A DNA stretch of 64,000 bases from contig JACQHJ010000001.1 in NCBI GenBank assembly GCA_016199085.1, positions 3,334 through 67,333 of the forward strand, given 5' to 3'. Below the pieces are notes generated by a model. That model worked only from the letters and a program-made list of their open reading frames with translations. It searched no databases and was not told where the DNA came from. The translations under genes were made by a program, and so were the position numbers. This DNA is from Candidatus Levyibacteriota bacterium (GTDB taxonomy: Bacteria > Patescibacteriota > Microgenomatia > Levybacterales > UBA12049). Positions 11,203-20,766 of the stretch are shown here, in pieces. Position 1 is the first letter of the stretch. Each line of letters begins with the position of its first letter.

Positions 11203-11964
11203 TTATTTACAATAATCGCTTGTTTTACCACTCTCATAATCCGAGGAAGGAAGTGACAAAACTTTCGCTTTGTCCTCGGAGGATATCCAGTCAAACCAAC
11301 AAACTGCATAACTCTCAATCTCATAAGTGTGTTTGGCAGCCCAAGCAGAATCTTTTGAAGACTCATTCTTTTGTCTGTAATCATAGGCTCCCCAGTCTAC
11401 AAAAGTATTAATCCCTTTCAAAGCGCTTGGCCCTCCTTTTGTCAAGCCCACCGCGGTTGCAATTACTTCCCCTTGCTTTACTTTCATAGGAGGGTAGACT
11501 TCTGTTGTTCTGGAATCCAGTCCTTTGGGCATTGGGAACTTTTCCGCAATAGCCTGGAATTTTGGCGTAAGCGTAAGCAAATGACCAAAGCGATACCTAA
11601 TTCCACAGGGATGAGCAAAGTCAAAAGTGTACTGAATTTCACCATTCACCGGATACCGGGCTCCGGCAATTACCTCGGCATCGTAAGGAGCAATAACCTT
11701 AATCTCGTCAGGACGGGAATTGTCAAATCTGAAGCCTCCGTGCGGTTTATAGTCTCCGCCTCTATACTGACCAGGGTAAAGAATTGATGTTGCCTTACTT
11801 ATATCTATTGGCATCTGAAAAACAAAGGGCTTAGGGCAGGATTCATATGACTTTGTAAATCGCTTGATTTCCCGCATTGGTAGGATCTTTTCCGGATCGC
11901 GGATCAACGCAGAAATCAGAAAGATTACAAATCCTGCCAGAACAACGAGTAATATTTTCTTCAT
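11203..11964 (-). CDS. hypothetical secreted protein
   Basis: Signal peptide MKKILLVVLAGFVIFLISA. No recognisable catalytic motif. Convergent with the hydrolase gene. Confidence 0.5.
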   Translation of the reverse strand: MKKILLVVLAGFVIFLISALIRDPEKILPMREIKRFTKSYESCPKPFVFQMPIDISKATSILYPGQYRGGDYKPHGGFRFDNSRPDEIKVIAPYDAEVIAGARYPVNGEIQYTFDFAHPCGIRYRFGHLLTLTPKFQAIAEKFPMPKGLDSRTTEVYPPMKVKQGEVIATAVGLTKGGPSALKGINTFVDWGAYDYRQKNESSKDSAWAAKHTYEIESYAVCWFDWISSEDKAKVLSLPSSDYESGKTSDYCK

Positions 11965-12015
11965 TACTTAAAATGTATCATATTTTTACTTCTGTTATAA
12001 TATCGCTACTCTTTA

Positions 12016-12399
12016 TTGAGCATGAAATCTAAATCACTTGGCGAACTTGAAAAACAGGTAATGGATATCGTTTGGGAGACTAAAAGTTGTTCAGCGCGTG
12101 ACGTTCTTGGTAAACTGAATCTCAAGAAGAAGTTAGCTTACACTACTATTGCAACAATTCTCCAAAGATTACATAACAAGGGGTTTGTTAAAAGAATAGA
12201 AGATAAAAGAGGATATCTTTATTCGCCAAAGCTAACAAGGAAATTCTACACTAAGAGCATTGCTCAGTCATTCTTAAGAAAATTTATTGATTCATTCGGT
12301 GACAGCGCAATTGCCTCATTTGCCCAAAGCGTTGATAAACTTCCCGAAAAAAAACGTGAATATTTTTTGCAACTACTTAAAACAAATGATAAGAGTTAA
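12016..12399 (+). CDS. BlaI/MecI/CopY-family winged-helix transcriptional repressor
   Basis: LGELEKQVMDIVWE...ARDVLGKL...YTTIATILQRLHNKGFVKRIEDKRGYLYSP is the penicillinase-repressor fold signature. Length is 127 aa. Confidence 0.85.
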   Translation: MSMKSKSLGELEKQVMDIVWETKSCSARDVLGKLNLKKKLAYTTIATILQRLHNKGFVKRIEDKRGYLYSPKLTRKFYTKSIAQSFLRKFIDSFGDSAIASFAQSVDKLPEKKREYFLQLLKTNDKS

Positions 12400-13390
12400 T
12401 AAAAACCTTGTTTTCTTTTCCGGATTGTTCCTTTTCGCAGGAACAATTTTATTCTTGGGCACTGAAAAATTCCTTCCCTTATTCACCCACGCCACATATT
12501 ATTGTCAATCATTTATTAATACCCATATGACCCCTATTCCGCATCTTTTAAGCACTACTCCGGTTGCGGTTTTAGTTATAATAGCGATAGTTTCATTTAC
12601 AAAATTACTTATTTTATTATTTAAAGCTTGGTTCATTAGACGTTCATTAGGAGGAGAAATAATAGCTGAAAGAAGAGTAGATGAACTTATAAGAAATCTT
12701 GGGTTGGAAAAACAAACAAGCATTGTTAAATCAAACAGGAAATTTGCTTTTTGCTTAGGTTTCCGCCGTCCCAAGATCTATTTATCAACTGGGCTAATTT
12801 CGAAACTATCTTTAAAGGAAATAGAAGCAGTTCTTAGGCATGAACAGTATCACTTAGAAAATCTTGATACATTGACTCAGATGATCGCTTCCACAGCTTA
12901 TTCTCTTTTTCCAATCTTTCCATTAGTGGGTGATCTTATTAAGAAATACAGAATAGAACGGGAAATACAAGCTGATAAATTTGCTGTTTCTAAAATAGGC
13001 AATACTTATCCTTTGGTTTCGGCTTTGAGAAAATTTCTTGCGTTTACAACAGTTGAAAATTTAGCTCTTGCTGCAATTGCCGATCAAGATACTCTTGAGC
13101 CAAGAATCTACTCACTTATTAATAAATCATACAATCGTAGGCAATTTCGATTAAAACACCTTTTGCTTACCATCTTTTCATCGCTTGTGATTGGAGCTAT
13201 CTTTATAACCCCAATTTATGCAAAAGAAATACACAGCGATAATCAGGATGTCGTAATGTTATGTGGTGATGGTGGAAAATGTGCCAATTCATGCACAACA
13301 AGTTTGCAAAATCTAAATAAATCAAAAAGACCCATTAATCAAATGTTTGGTGGAAAAAATGCTTCAAATCCATACAGCCTGGCACACTAA
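12386..13390 (+). CDS. BlaR1/MecR1-like M56 zinc metallopeptidase (membrane sensor-transducer partner of the BlaI-like repressor)
   Basis: HEXXH motif (LRHEQYHLEN) in a polytopic membrane protein, translationally coupled to the repressor. The start ATG at 12386 overlaps the repressor stop by 14 nt. The ORF-track start at 12287 is upstream read-through in another frame of the repressor. Confidence 0.7.
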   Translation: MIRVNKNLVFFSGLFLFAGTILFLGTEKFLPLFTHATYYCQSFINTHMTPIPHLLSTTPVAVLVIIAIVSFTKLLILLFKAWFIRRSLGGEIIAERRVDELIRNLGLEKQTSIVKSNRKFAFCLGFRRPKIYLSTGLISKLSLKEIEAVLRHEQYHLENLDTLTQMIASTAYSLFPIFPLVGDLIKKYRIEREIQADKFAVSKIGNTYPLVSALRKFLAFTTVENLALAAIADQDTLEPRIYSLINKSYNRRQFRLKHLLLTIFSSLVIGAIFITPIYAKEIHSDNQDVVMLCGDGGKCANSCTTSLQNLNKSKRPINQMFGGKNASNPYSLAH

Positions 13391-13445
13391 TACTTCGAAG
13401 ATCTCAACTTGACAGAATTAGTAGTATTTTACTACACTATGTAGT

Positions 13446-14246
13446 ATGTCTGTAAAAAAAGAAAAAGGCTCAATAACGAAAGTTAACATGACTGCTAGAT
13501 CAACAATTATTGCTTTGTTTTCCAAGATTACTGTTCCCCAGGCGCTAGTTTTACTTTTAATCATAGCTTCTTTTTTAATTGGAGTTTTATATACAAAAAT
13601 TCAATATCTTGAAAAAAACAGTGCCTTAGAAGCATTGCCTTCCGATCAAGCAGCCGGTGGCCAACAACAGCCTGCGCCGCAAATAAAAGTAAATATAAAA
13701 GATGTTGATATTAAAAATGAACCATATATAGGTGACCAAAACGCTTCGGTTGTCATGGCTTATTGGCTTGATTTTCAATGTCCGTTTTGCCAAAGATTTG
13801 AGACAGAGACCATGCCTTCCTTGGTTGAAAAATATGTAAATACGGGAAAACTTAAAATAGTTTTTAAAGATTTCCAATTCTTAGGTGAGGATTCGACAAC
13901 AGCAGGCCTTGCAGCAAACGCAGTTTGGGAACTAGCCCCTCAAAGCTATTCAACATGGCACAAAGCAATGTATGAAAAACAAGATGGTGAAAACGGAGGA
14001 TGGGGTAAAAAAGAAGACATAATTATTTTGACTAGAACTATATCAGGGATAAATGCTGATCAAGTATCAGCGCTTATGGATCAGAAAAGAGAAGCTTATC
14101 AGAATGAATTGGATGGAGATAATCAGGAAGGAACTAAGTTTGGGATATCAGGTACTCCGGGTTTTGTAATAGGAGAGCAATCTATAATTGGGGCACAACC
14201 CCTTTCAACTTTTACTCAAATAATTGATGCTCTTTTGGAAAAGTAA
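13446..14246 (+). CDS. DsbA-like thiol:disulfide oxidoreductase (thioredoxin fold, membrane-anchored)
   Basis: CPFC active site (WLDFQCPFCQRF), N-terminal TM anchor and DsbA-family length. Confidence 0.8.
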   Translation: MSVKKEKGSITKVNMTARSTIIALFSKITVPQALVLLLIIASFLIGVLYTKIQYLEKNSALEALPSDQAAGGQQQPAPQIKVNIKDVDIKNEPYIGDQNASVVMAYWLDFQCPFCQRFETETMPSLVEKYVNTGKLKIVFKDFQFLGEDSTTAGLAANAVWELAPQSYSTWHKAMYEKQDGENGGWGKKEDIIILTRTISGINADQVSALMDQKREAYQNELDGDNQEGTKFGISGTPGFVIGEQSIIGAQPLSTFTQIIDALLEK

Positions 14247-14258
14247 TAGGTTTTTTCA

Positions 14259-15404
14259 ATGATGCAATCTTTTTTATTCTCACTTACTCAGGTTTTCTCA
14301 AAGCCATCTTACATAGTTTTGTCAATTTTAGCTTTTGTTATTGCAATAACTCTTGCCATATGGCTTCCAAATATTAATTTTCTAGCTCATACTGCAACTT
14401 CGGATGTATATTCTTTTTCTCAAAAAGTTGGAATTATCGGCAGCGTTTTTGGTTCTATTCAAACGAATTTTACGCCTCTTTCCCAAACTATAACGTTTTT
14501 GGTTGCATTTCTTTTTGCAATAAACTTTAGTTTTTTTATTTATTTCTTTCTTCGCGCGGCAAGACTAAGCAAAGAAGCAGGAATTGGTACGTCTGGATTT
14601 CTCTTAGGGTTAATTGGAGTGGGTTGTGCTTCCTGCGGATCTGTTATTCTTTCTTCATTTTTAGGAATAGGCATAACTGCCGGTTTTATCGGCGTTTTGC
14701 CTTTGAAAGGAGCGGAGTTTGGATTACTTAGCATTCTTCTTTTAAGTATTTCTATTTACTTTCTTTCTAAAAAAATTAAAGACCCAATTGTGTGCAAAAC
14801 GAAACCTGCTACTTTTAAGTTTTTATTCAAAAATGTTCCTGCATGGGCTAAAGTTGCCATATTTATTTTTTTGGCGTTTGGCACAGGCGTTATATTTACC
14901 CAGAGGTATTTAAATGGAGAAGATATTATCAGACAAGCTCTTGCCGCAAAATTTGAAATGTTAAGCCAGAACGGTAACTCATCGTGTTTGGGAGATTTTA
15001 AAGATTCAATATCCACGATGCCTGATGATGCCCGCCTTCAGGGGTCATGTTGTTCTCCAATGAACATGCATAGATATAGCGAACAGATTGGAGGACTGAA
15101 GAAGTATAAAAATATTAAAGAGATTCCTCCAGACCCTTATGATATCGAGACGGAGCTTGCAAAAAAATTATTATCTCATTACGATGATAAATTAACTCCC
15201 AAGCAACAAAAAGCCTATGACTATGCCATGCAAAATTCAATGGAAAAAGGACCATGTTGTTGTAAATGCTGGAGATGGTACGTCTATGGAGGTTTAGGAA
15301 AGTTCTTGATTCAGAATTATAACTTTACAGGAGAGCAAATTACAGAAGTTTGGAATTTGTCCGACGGGTGCGGAGGTCAAGGAGATCACGTTAATCATAA
15401 ATAA
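14259..15404 (+). CDS. polytopic membrane protein with intramembrane CxxC and Cys-rich extracytoplasmic C-terminal domain (DsbB/VKOR-like role?)
   Basis: GVGCASCGSV sits in a TM helix. The C-terminal domain has CCSPMNMHRY, GPCCCKCWRW and CGGQGDHVNH. It lies immediately downstream of the DsbA-like gene. Confidence 0.5.
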   Translation: MMQSFLFSLTQVFSKPSYIVLSILAFVIAITLAIWLPNINFLAHTATSDVYSFSQKVGIIGSVFGSIQTNFTPLSQTITFLVAFLFAINFSFFIYFFLRAARLSKEAGIGTSGFLLGLIGVGCASCGSVILSSFLGIGITAGFIGVLPLKGAEFGLLSILLLSISIYFLSKKIKDPIVCKTKPATFKFLFKNVPAWAKVAIFIFLAFGTGVIFTQRYLNGEDIIRQALAAKFEMLSQNGNSSCLGDFKDSISTMPDDARLQGSCCSPMNMHRYSEQIGGLKKYKNIKEIPPDPYDIETELAKKLLSHYDDKLTPKQQKAYDYAMQNSMEKGPCCCKCWRWYVYGGLGKFLIQNYNFTGEQITEVWNLSDGCGGQGDHVNHK

Positions 15405-15883
15405 TGACAACTGAAAATAAAGTTATTATTGGCGGAACAGTTATAACAATACTGGCTATTATTGGAATATCTTTCTTGCTGACAAATAACTCATCTAGCA
15501 CTACCTCAATTCCCGATGAGCAAATAGTTGCCAGAAACGGTCTTCACTGGCATCCAAAACTCTCAATTGTAATTAAAGGACAAAAACAAGAATTAACTGA
15601 TGAGATTGGCTTGGGCAGCGTACACCAAAAAATGCATACACATACCCAAGATTATAAAGACGGATTGGTGCACATGGAAATGTCTGGTGTTGTTACCAAG
15701 GATGAAACAAAACTTAAAAATTTTTTCAGAATCTGGGGAAAAGAATTTAGCTCAACAAAAATATTTGATAAAGCAAATGGAAGCGATGGGAAAGTGAAGA
15801 TGATAGTTAATGGAAAAGAAAATACAGAGTTTGAAAACTATGAAATGCGTGATGGCGATAAAATAGAGATTTCGTATGAGTAG
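15404..15883 (+). CDS. hypothetical membrane-anchored His-rich protein
   Basis: TM anchor followed by HWHPKL...HQKMHTHTQD...HMEM. Overlaps the neighbouring genes by 1 and 8 nt, which suggests an operon. Confidence 0.5.
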   Translation: MTTENKVIIGGTVITILAIIGISFLLTNNSSSTTSIPDEQIVARNGLHWHPKLSIVIKGQKQELTDEIGLGSVHQKMHTHTQDYKDGLVHMEMSGVVTKDETKLKNFFRIWGKEFSSTKIFDKANGSDGKVKMIVNGKENTEFENYEMRDGDKIEISYE

Positions 15884-16076
15884 CAAAACGGTTGCAAAAT
15901 TAACCTGTCCCATATGCCAAAAGTTACAAACCGCAAAAATGCCTATTGATGCTTGTCAATATTTTTATAAATGCCAAAGTTGTGGTAAGATGCTAAAACC
16001 AAAAGAAGGAGACTGTTGTGTCTTCTGTTCATATGCAGATACAAAATGTCCGTCAAAGCAATCCACGTCAGCCTAA
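15876..16076 (+). CDS. small Cys-rich zinc-ribbon/metal-binding protein
   Basis: CPICQK...CQYFYKCQSCGK...GDCCVFCSYADTKCP, 66 aa. The start overlaps the upstream gene by 8 nt. Confidence 0.5.
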   Translation: MSSKTVAKLTCPICQKLQTAKMPIDACQYFYKCQSCGKMLKPKEGDCCVFCSYADTKCPSKQSTSA

Positions 16077-16083
16077 ATTCTAT

Positions 16084-17684
16084 ATGAATAAAGAGCTTTT
16101 AAATAAAATTTCCAGTATGCAAAAGGTGCTTATCGCTGTCTTTATTGCCTTTTTGTTTGTTGCCGGAATATATTTATATTTAAACCCACAAGATAAATTG
16201 TCTCAGTCGAAACAAACCGGAGAGTTTTCAAATGCAGTGAATAATTATCCTCTGGCAAAAACACCCGAAGTAGTAGAACTGAAAAATGGCGACAGTTATA
16301 ATCTTGCCGCAAGTATTGTAAAGAAAAATATAAAGGGTCAGGAGATAAAAATGCTTGCCTATAACGGTTCTATTCCGGGTCCGATTATTAAATTGTCTCA
16401 AGGTGCAGAAATTACAGTTAATTTCAAAAATGAGACCGATGTTGACTCAACAATTCATTCACACGGTGTAAGGGTTGATAATAAGTTCGATGGAGTGGCT
16501 GATGTAACCCAGAAAGCAGTGAAACCTGGAGAGAGCTTTAGTTATAAACTGAAATTTCCTGACGCTGGAATCTTTTGGTATCATCCTCACATCCGTGAGG
16601 ACTATGCGCAAGAACTAGGTATGTATGGGAATTATTTGGTTACGCCAACACAGAAGGATTACTGGGCAGAAGTTGACCGAGAAGAAACACTGTTTCTTGA
16701 TGACCTCCTGACAGAAAACGGAAAGATTGCCTTTTTTGATAGAAATATCGTTAACAACACGTTAATGGGGAGATTTGGTAACGTCATGTTAATTAACGCA
16801 GATGATAAATATCGTCTTTCAATTAAGCAAGGAGAAAGAGTCCGTTTTTATTTAACAAATGCTGCCAACACAAGAGTTTTTAATGCTTCAATTCCCAACG
16901 CTCAAATGCGCTTGGTTGGAGGAGATAACGGGAAATATGAACGGGAGGAATGGATCGATTCCGTACTTTTGGGGCCATCCGAGAGAGCAATTGTCGAAGT
17001 TTGGTTTGATAAGGCGGGAAAATATCAAATTATTCATAAAACTCCGGATAAAACATATACTCTGGGAACAATCTCAGTTGCAAAGAGTCCGGTTACCACC
17101 TCTTATCTTCTTACTCCCCGTGTAAACCAGGATTTTATAAATTCTCTTTCTTTCCTGCGCCCGCTTTTCACAAAGCCCGTTGACCAAAAACTCAATATAA
17201 CCGTAGATATGATGGGAATGAACCAGGGCTCAATGATGATGGGAGGAAACCAGTCAATGGGCATGCAGGATGATAATGACGGCGATAAAATTGAATGGGA
17301 AGACAATATGCAGATGATGAACGCTATGTCTACGAATAAAAACATAAAATGGAAATTAGTTGATGATCAAACAAAAAAAAAGAGAACATGGATATTAACT
17401 GGCAATTTAGAAAAGGTGAAAAAGTTAAGATTTCAATTTTTAACAATCCGAAATCCGAGCATCCAATGCAGCACCCAATACATATTCATGGCCAGAGGTT
17501 TTTAATTTTAAGTACGAATGGTGTATCAAACGATAACCTTGTTTGGAAAGATACTGCTCTTGTGCAAAAAGGCGACACCATGGAACTCTTGGTTGATATG
17601 GAAAACCCGGGAGACTGGCTAATACACTGCCATATCCCAGAACACATGGAAGCAGGGATGATGTCGCAGTTTAAAGTAATTTAA
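16084..17684 (+). CDS. multicopper oxidase (three-domain laccase/CueO-like), reading frame interrupted at an A9 homopolymer (about 17374-17382)
   Basis: Copper ligand motifs HSHGVRVDN and WYHPHIRED in the 5' ORF (16018..17505). HPIHIHGQRF and HCHIPEHMEAGMM (the T1 site) appear in the +1-frame ORF 17388..17684. The two parts overlap around a run of nine A. An N-terminal signal/TM is present. Confidence 0.8.
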
Positions 17685-17720
17685 AATTCTTTTCTTTGTA
17701 AATTTATCATATATTACCTC

Positions 17721-17749
17721 TTGACAAGTGTATTTTGGCAATGATATAT
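17721..17749 (+). promoter_or_regulatory. sigma70-type promoter TTGACA-N17-TGATATAT upstream of the ArsR-YHS gene
   Basis: Consensus -35 hexamer with a 17-nt spacer and an extended -10. This implies a leaderless start at 17764. Confidence 0.55.
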
Positions 17750-17765
17750 TCGAAATATCGAATAT
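17746..17765 (+). promoter_or_regulatory. candidate ArsR/SmtB operator: perfect 8-4-8 inverted repeat ATATTCGA-AATA-TCGAATAT
   Basis: Read directly from the sequence. It overlaps the -10 element and the start codon of the ArsR-family gene. Confidence 0.5.
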
Positions 17766-18252
17766 GTATTCAGAAGTATTTTTCTTTCATGCAAAGCTTT
17801 TGAAAGCCTTGTCCAATCCAAAGCGTCTTGAAATTCTCCAGCTTCTTAGGAATCAGCAGTTAACTGTAAGTGAGATTCAGGAAATGTTGAGTTTGCCCCA
17901 GGGAAATTTAAGCCAGCATCTTCAAGTCCTACGTTTATCCAAAGTAGTTGAGGCGAAACGAGATGGAAAACAAATCCACTATAAGGTCGCTCACAAAAAT
18001 TTCATTAAAGCTAGCGATTTAATGAGAGAAATTCTTATTGAGCAGCACCAAAATGACCCATTAATAAAAGATCTTGGTAGGAAAATGACAGATCTTGTTC
18101 CGCTCTCTTTAGATCCTGTATGCAAAATGAGATTAAGTCCAAAAACAGCATCTTTTATCTCAAAACTAAATGGTGATTCTTACTATTTCTGTGCATCCGG
18201 ATGCTTTGAAACTTTTAATAAAAATCCAAATAAATATATACGCAAAAAATAA
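17764..18252 (+). CDS. ArsR/SmtB-family metalloregulator fused to a C-terminal YHS/TRASH metal-binding domain
   Basis: HTH (LSNPKRLEILQLL...LTVSEIQEMLSLPQGNLSQHLQVLRLSKVV) plus a C-terminus CKMRLSPK...DSYYFCASGCFETFNKNP, which is the YHS signature. The start is taken at the ATG at 17764 (MYSEVFFF...). The ORF track uses an upstream GTG at 17728. Confidence 0.8.
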   Translation: MYSEVFFFHAKLLKALSNPKRLEILQLLRNQQLTVSEIQEMLSLPQGNLSQHLQVLRLSKVVEAKRDGKQIHYKVAHKNFIKASDLMREILIEQHQNDPLIKDLGRKMTDLVPLSLDPVCKMRLSPKTASFISKLNGDSYYFCASGCFETFNKNPNKYIRKK

Positions 18253-18255
18253 TTT

Positions 18256-19137
18256 ATGGAACTTTTAGTTAGTGCATCATTTATAGCAGCTTTTGTAGCA
18301 GGAATTGCAGCCTTGTTTGCCCCGTGCTGCGTAACAATACTTCTTCCCACATATCTTGCTTCTATTTTTAAGGATAGAACAACTGTTTTTCTAATGACAT
18401 TTATTTATTTTTTAGGTCTTTTGACAGTATTTATGCCGATTGGTTTAGGCGCAGTAGCCTTAACCCAAGTTTTTAGTGCTTATCACAACATTATTTTTTC
18501 CCTAGGTGCTATATTTTTGATATTTTTGGGTGTATTTTTACTTTTGGGCAGACAATTTTCTCTTCCGTTTAATGTACACCCCGAACTTAAAAAAGCAAGT
18601 GCTGGATCAGTATTTACTCTTGGAATATTTTCAGGTATTGCTACAACGTGCTGTGCGCCTGTACTAGCTGGGGTATTAACTCTTGCAGCACTGCCCGGAT
18701 CATTTCTGTTAGGAGGAGCATATACTCTTGCCTATGTTTTGGGAATGGTAGTTCCTCTTTTTATTATTGCCACAGTTTTAGACAGAGCAAAATTTACAAA
18801 GAAATTTTTTGCTTTCAGAAAAACCGTAGATTATTCCCTTTTTGGAAATAAAATCAGATTAACCCTTTCCAATCTCTTCTCAGGAGCGATGTTTTTGGTT
18901 CTTGGCATTATCGTTTTAAATCTTGCCAGAACAAACAATCTTACAGCGCATGCGTCTTATCAAGTAAGCATAAATATTTATCTGACAAGATTAACACAAT
19001 TTATCAGTCAGTATACAAAAATTATTCCTGAAGTGGCGTGGGCTTTTGTCTTCGTTTGCATTTTTCTTTTAATTGCCTTTCTTGCAGTTAAACAGCTTAG
19101 AGATGCAAAAAATATTAATAAAGAATCGAAATTATGA
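18256..19137 (+). CDS. DsbD_2/CcdA-like polytopic membrane protein with paired-Cys motifs
   Basis: About 8 TM helices. FAPCCVTILLP in TM1 and ATTCCAPVLAG in a later TM. Overlaps the downstream redoxin gene by 4 nt. Confidence 0.6.
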   Translation: MELLVSASFIAAFVAGIAALFAPCCVTILLPTYLASIFKDRTTVFLMTFIYFLGLLTVFMPIGLGAVALTQVFSAYHNIIFSLGAIFLIFLGVFLLLGRQFSLPFNVHPELKKASAGSVFTLGIFSGIATTCCAPVLAGVLTLAALPGSFLLGGAYTLAYVLGMVVPLFIIATVLDRAKFTKKFFAFRKTVDYSLFGNKIRLTLSNLFSGAMFLVLGIIVLNLARTNNLTAHASYQVSINIYLTRLTQFISQYTKIIPEVAWAFVFVCIFLLIAFLAVKQLRDAKNINKESKL

Positions 19138-19784
19138 AAGAAAATAAGCAAAATTTAATACTAATTGCGCTGATTGTAGGATTTATTATCCTTTTAATAG
19201 TTGTAGTTGTTGCGCTTGCCGATGATTCAAGTAAAACACCCCAAAATATAGAAGTTTCTAATCAGGATGATATGTCAGGTCATCACGAGTCAGCAGCGCC
19301 TGATGAAAATGCATTTAACTCGCTTCTTGGTAAAGTTGCTCCTAATTTTAATCTTAAAAGCTATGATGATAAGGAAATTGAACTTGAAAAACTTCGTGGG
19401 AAAAAAGTAGTAATCTTCTTTACTGAAGGGCTAATGTGTTATCCCGCTTGCTGGAATCAAATGGCGGCATTTGGTCAGGATAGCGCATTTAATAACAAAG
19501 ATGTGGTAACTTTAAATATTGCCGTTGATAATAAAAATGAATGGAAAGATGCTGTTGAGAAAATGCCTGAACTAGCCAAGACTACAGTGCTGTTTGACAA
19601 TAACAGAAGCGTTTCTAATGAGTATGGAGTACTTACCCTTGCCTCTTCAATGCATAAAGGGCAGTATCCGGGACACACATATTTAATTCTTGACAGAAAA
19701 GGCATTGTCAAGTTTATTTATGACGACCCGCAAATGGGTGTCAGAAATGATGAATTGAAAAAGGAACTTGAGAAAATAGAATAA
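19134..19784 (+). CDS. secreted redoxin/TlpA-ResA-like thiol-disulfide oxidoreductase
   Basis: Thioredoxin fold with a CYPAC active site (VVIFFTEGLMCYPACWNQ). N-terminal TM anchor. Confidence 0.75.
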   Translation: MKENKQNLILIALIVGFIILLIVVVVALADDSSKTPQNIEVSNQDDMSGHHESAAPDENAFNSLLGKVAPNFNLKSYDDKEIELEKLRGKKVVIFFTEGLMCYPACWNQMAAFGQDSAFNNKDVVTLNIAVDNKNEWKDAVEKMPELAKTTVLFDNNRSVSNEYGVLTLASSMHKGQYPGHTYLILDRKGIVKFIYDDPQMGVRNDELKKELEKIE

Positions 19785-19785
19785 A

Positions 19786-20763
19786 ATGAGTATTAAAAAT
19801 ATTAAAAAAAAGTATTTTAATAAAAAATCATTTAAAAAAATTAAGAAGTTTTTTAGCGAAAAGGGTCTTAAATCTTTATTAATTTTTCTTGTAATAATTG
19901 CCTCTTTCTTATCTGGAATACTATTTGATAAGGTAACAATACTTAAAAACGCTGAGAATATCAAGAATACGGAGGTTTTGGAGAATAATAAACAGACCGA
20001 AGACCTAACTAGGCTACAAGATAAAGTCCTTAAGGAAAATTATGTTTTTAAAATTAAATGGGGAGATTTGGGTAAAAGAATGGTTGAGGATGGTGTTATT
20101 GATAAAGAAAAGTTTGCCCAGGCCATAACTGGAGAAAACCAACTTCCAAAAGATTTGGATAAATACTTCTCTGACGGACAGGATAAAATAGAAATCAATC
20201 CGCAAAATGCACAATTTTGGGTTGATATTTTGTGGGGACTGGGTCTTGCCAACAAAAATAGGATTTTGGAAGAAGGTGCTATGAAGCAAAATGGAGATAC
20301 TTCTAATTTTGCTTCAACCGGAGGATGGACCCTGGGGCCCGAAGACCCAATGTCTATATATTCAAGATACTCATATATTAATCTTTCCCAAAGGGAGCAA
20401 GAGATTGTAGAAGAAATTGCAGGAAATATTTATAGGCCATGCTGTGGTAATTCAACAGCATTTCCTGACTGTAATCATGGAATGGCAATGCTTGGACTAA
20501 TAGAGCTAATGGTTTCTCAGGGATTTTCCAAAGACGAGATTTATAAAACGGCACTTGCGTTTAATACTTACTGGTTTCCAAATACTTATCTAAATACAGC
20601 TTATTATCTAGATATAAACGGTAAGGATTATAATAAAATATCTCCAAAAGAAATTCTATCTGAAAATTTTTCAAGCGCTATGGGGGCTCAAGCAATTGCA
20701 AAAGAATCTGAAGGTGTTGAGTGGCCTGCGCTTCAAAGTAGCGGAGGAAGCTGCGGAGCGTAG
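19786..20763 (+). CDS. hypothetical membrane-anchored extracytoplasmic protein with Cys cluster
   Basis: TM anchor, then RPCCGNSTAFPDCNHGMAM and a C-terminal GGSCGA. No known family recognised. Confidence 0.5.
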   Translation: MSIKNIKKKYFNKKSFKKIKKFFSEKGLKSLLIFLVIIASFLSGILFDKVTILKNAENIKNTEVLENNKQTEDLTRLQDKVLKENYVFKIKWGDLGKRMVEDGVIDKEKFAQAITGENQLPKDLDKYFSDGQDKIEINPQNAQFWVDILWGLGLANKNRILEEGAMKQNGDTSNFASTGGWTLGPEDPMSIYSRYSYINLSQREQEIVEEIAGNIYRPCCGNSTAFPDCNHGMAMLGLIELMVSQGFSKDEIYKTALAFNTYWFPNTYLNTAYYLDINGKDYNKISPKEILSENFSSAMGAQAIAKESEGVEWPALQSSGGSCGA

Positions 20764-20766
20764 AAA

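Noticed and set aside
12287-12385. ORF-track start of the M56 peptidase at 12287
   Set aside because: This stretch overlaps the 3' third of the BlaI-like gene in another frame. The ATG at 12386 with a 14-nt overlap is the usual coupled start.
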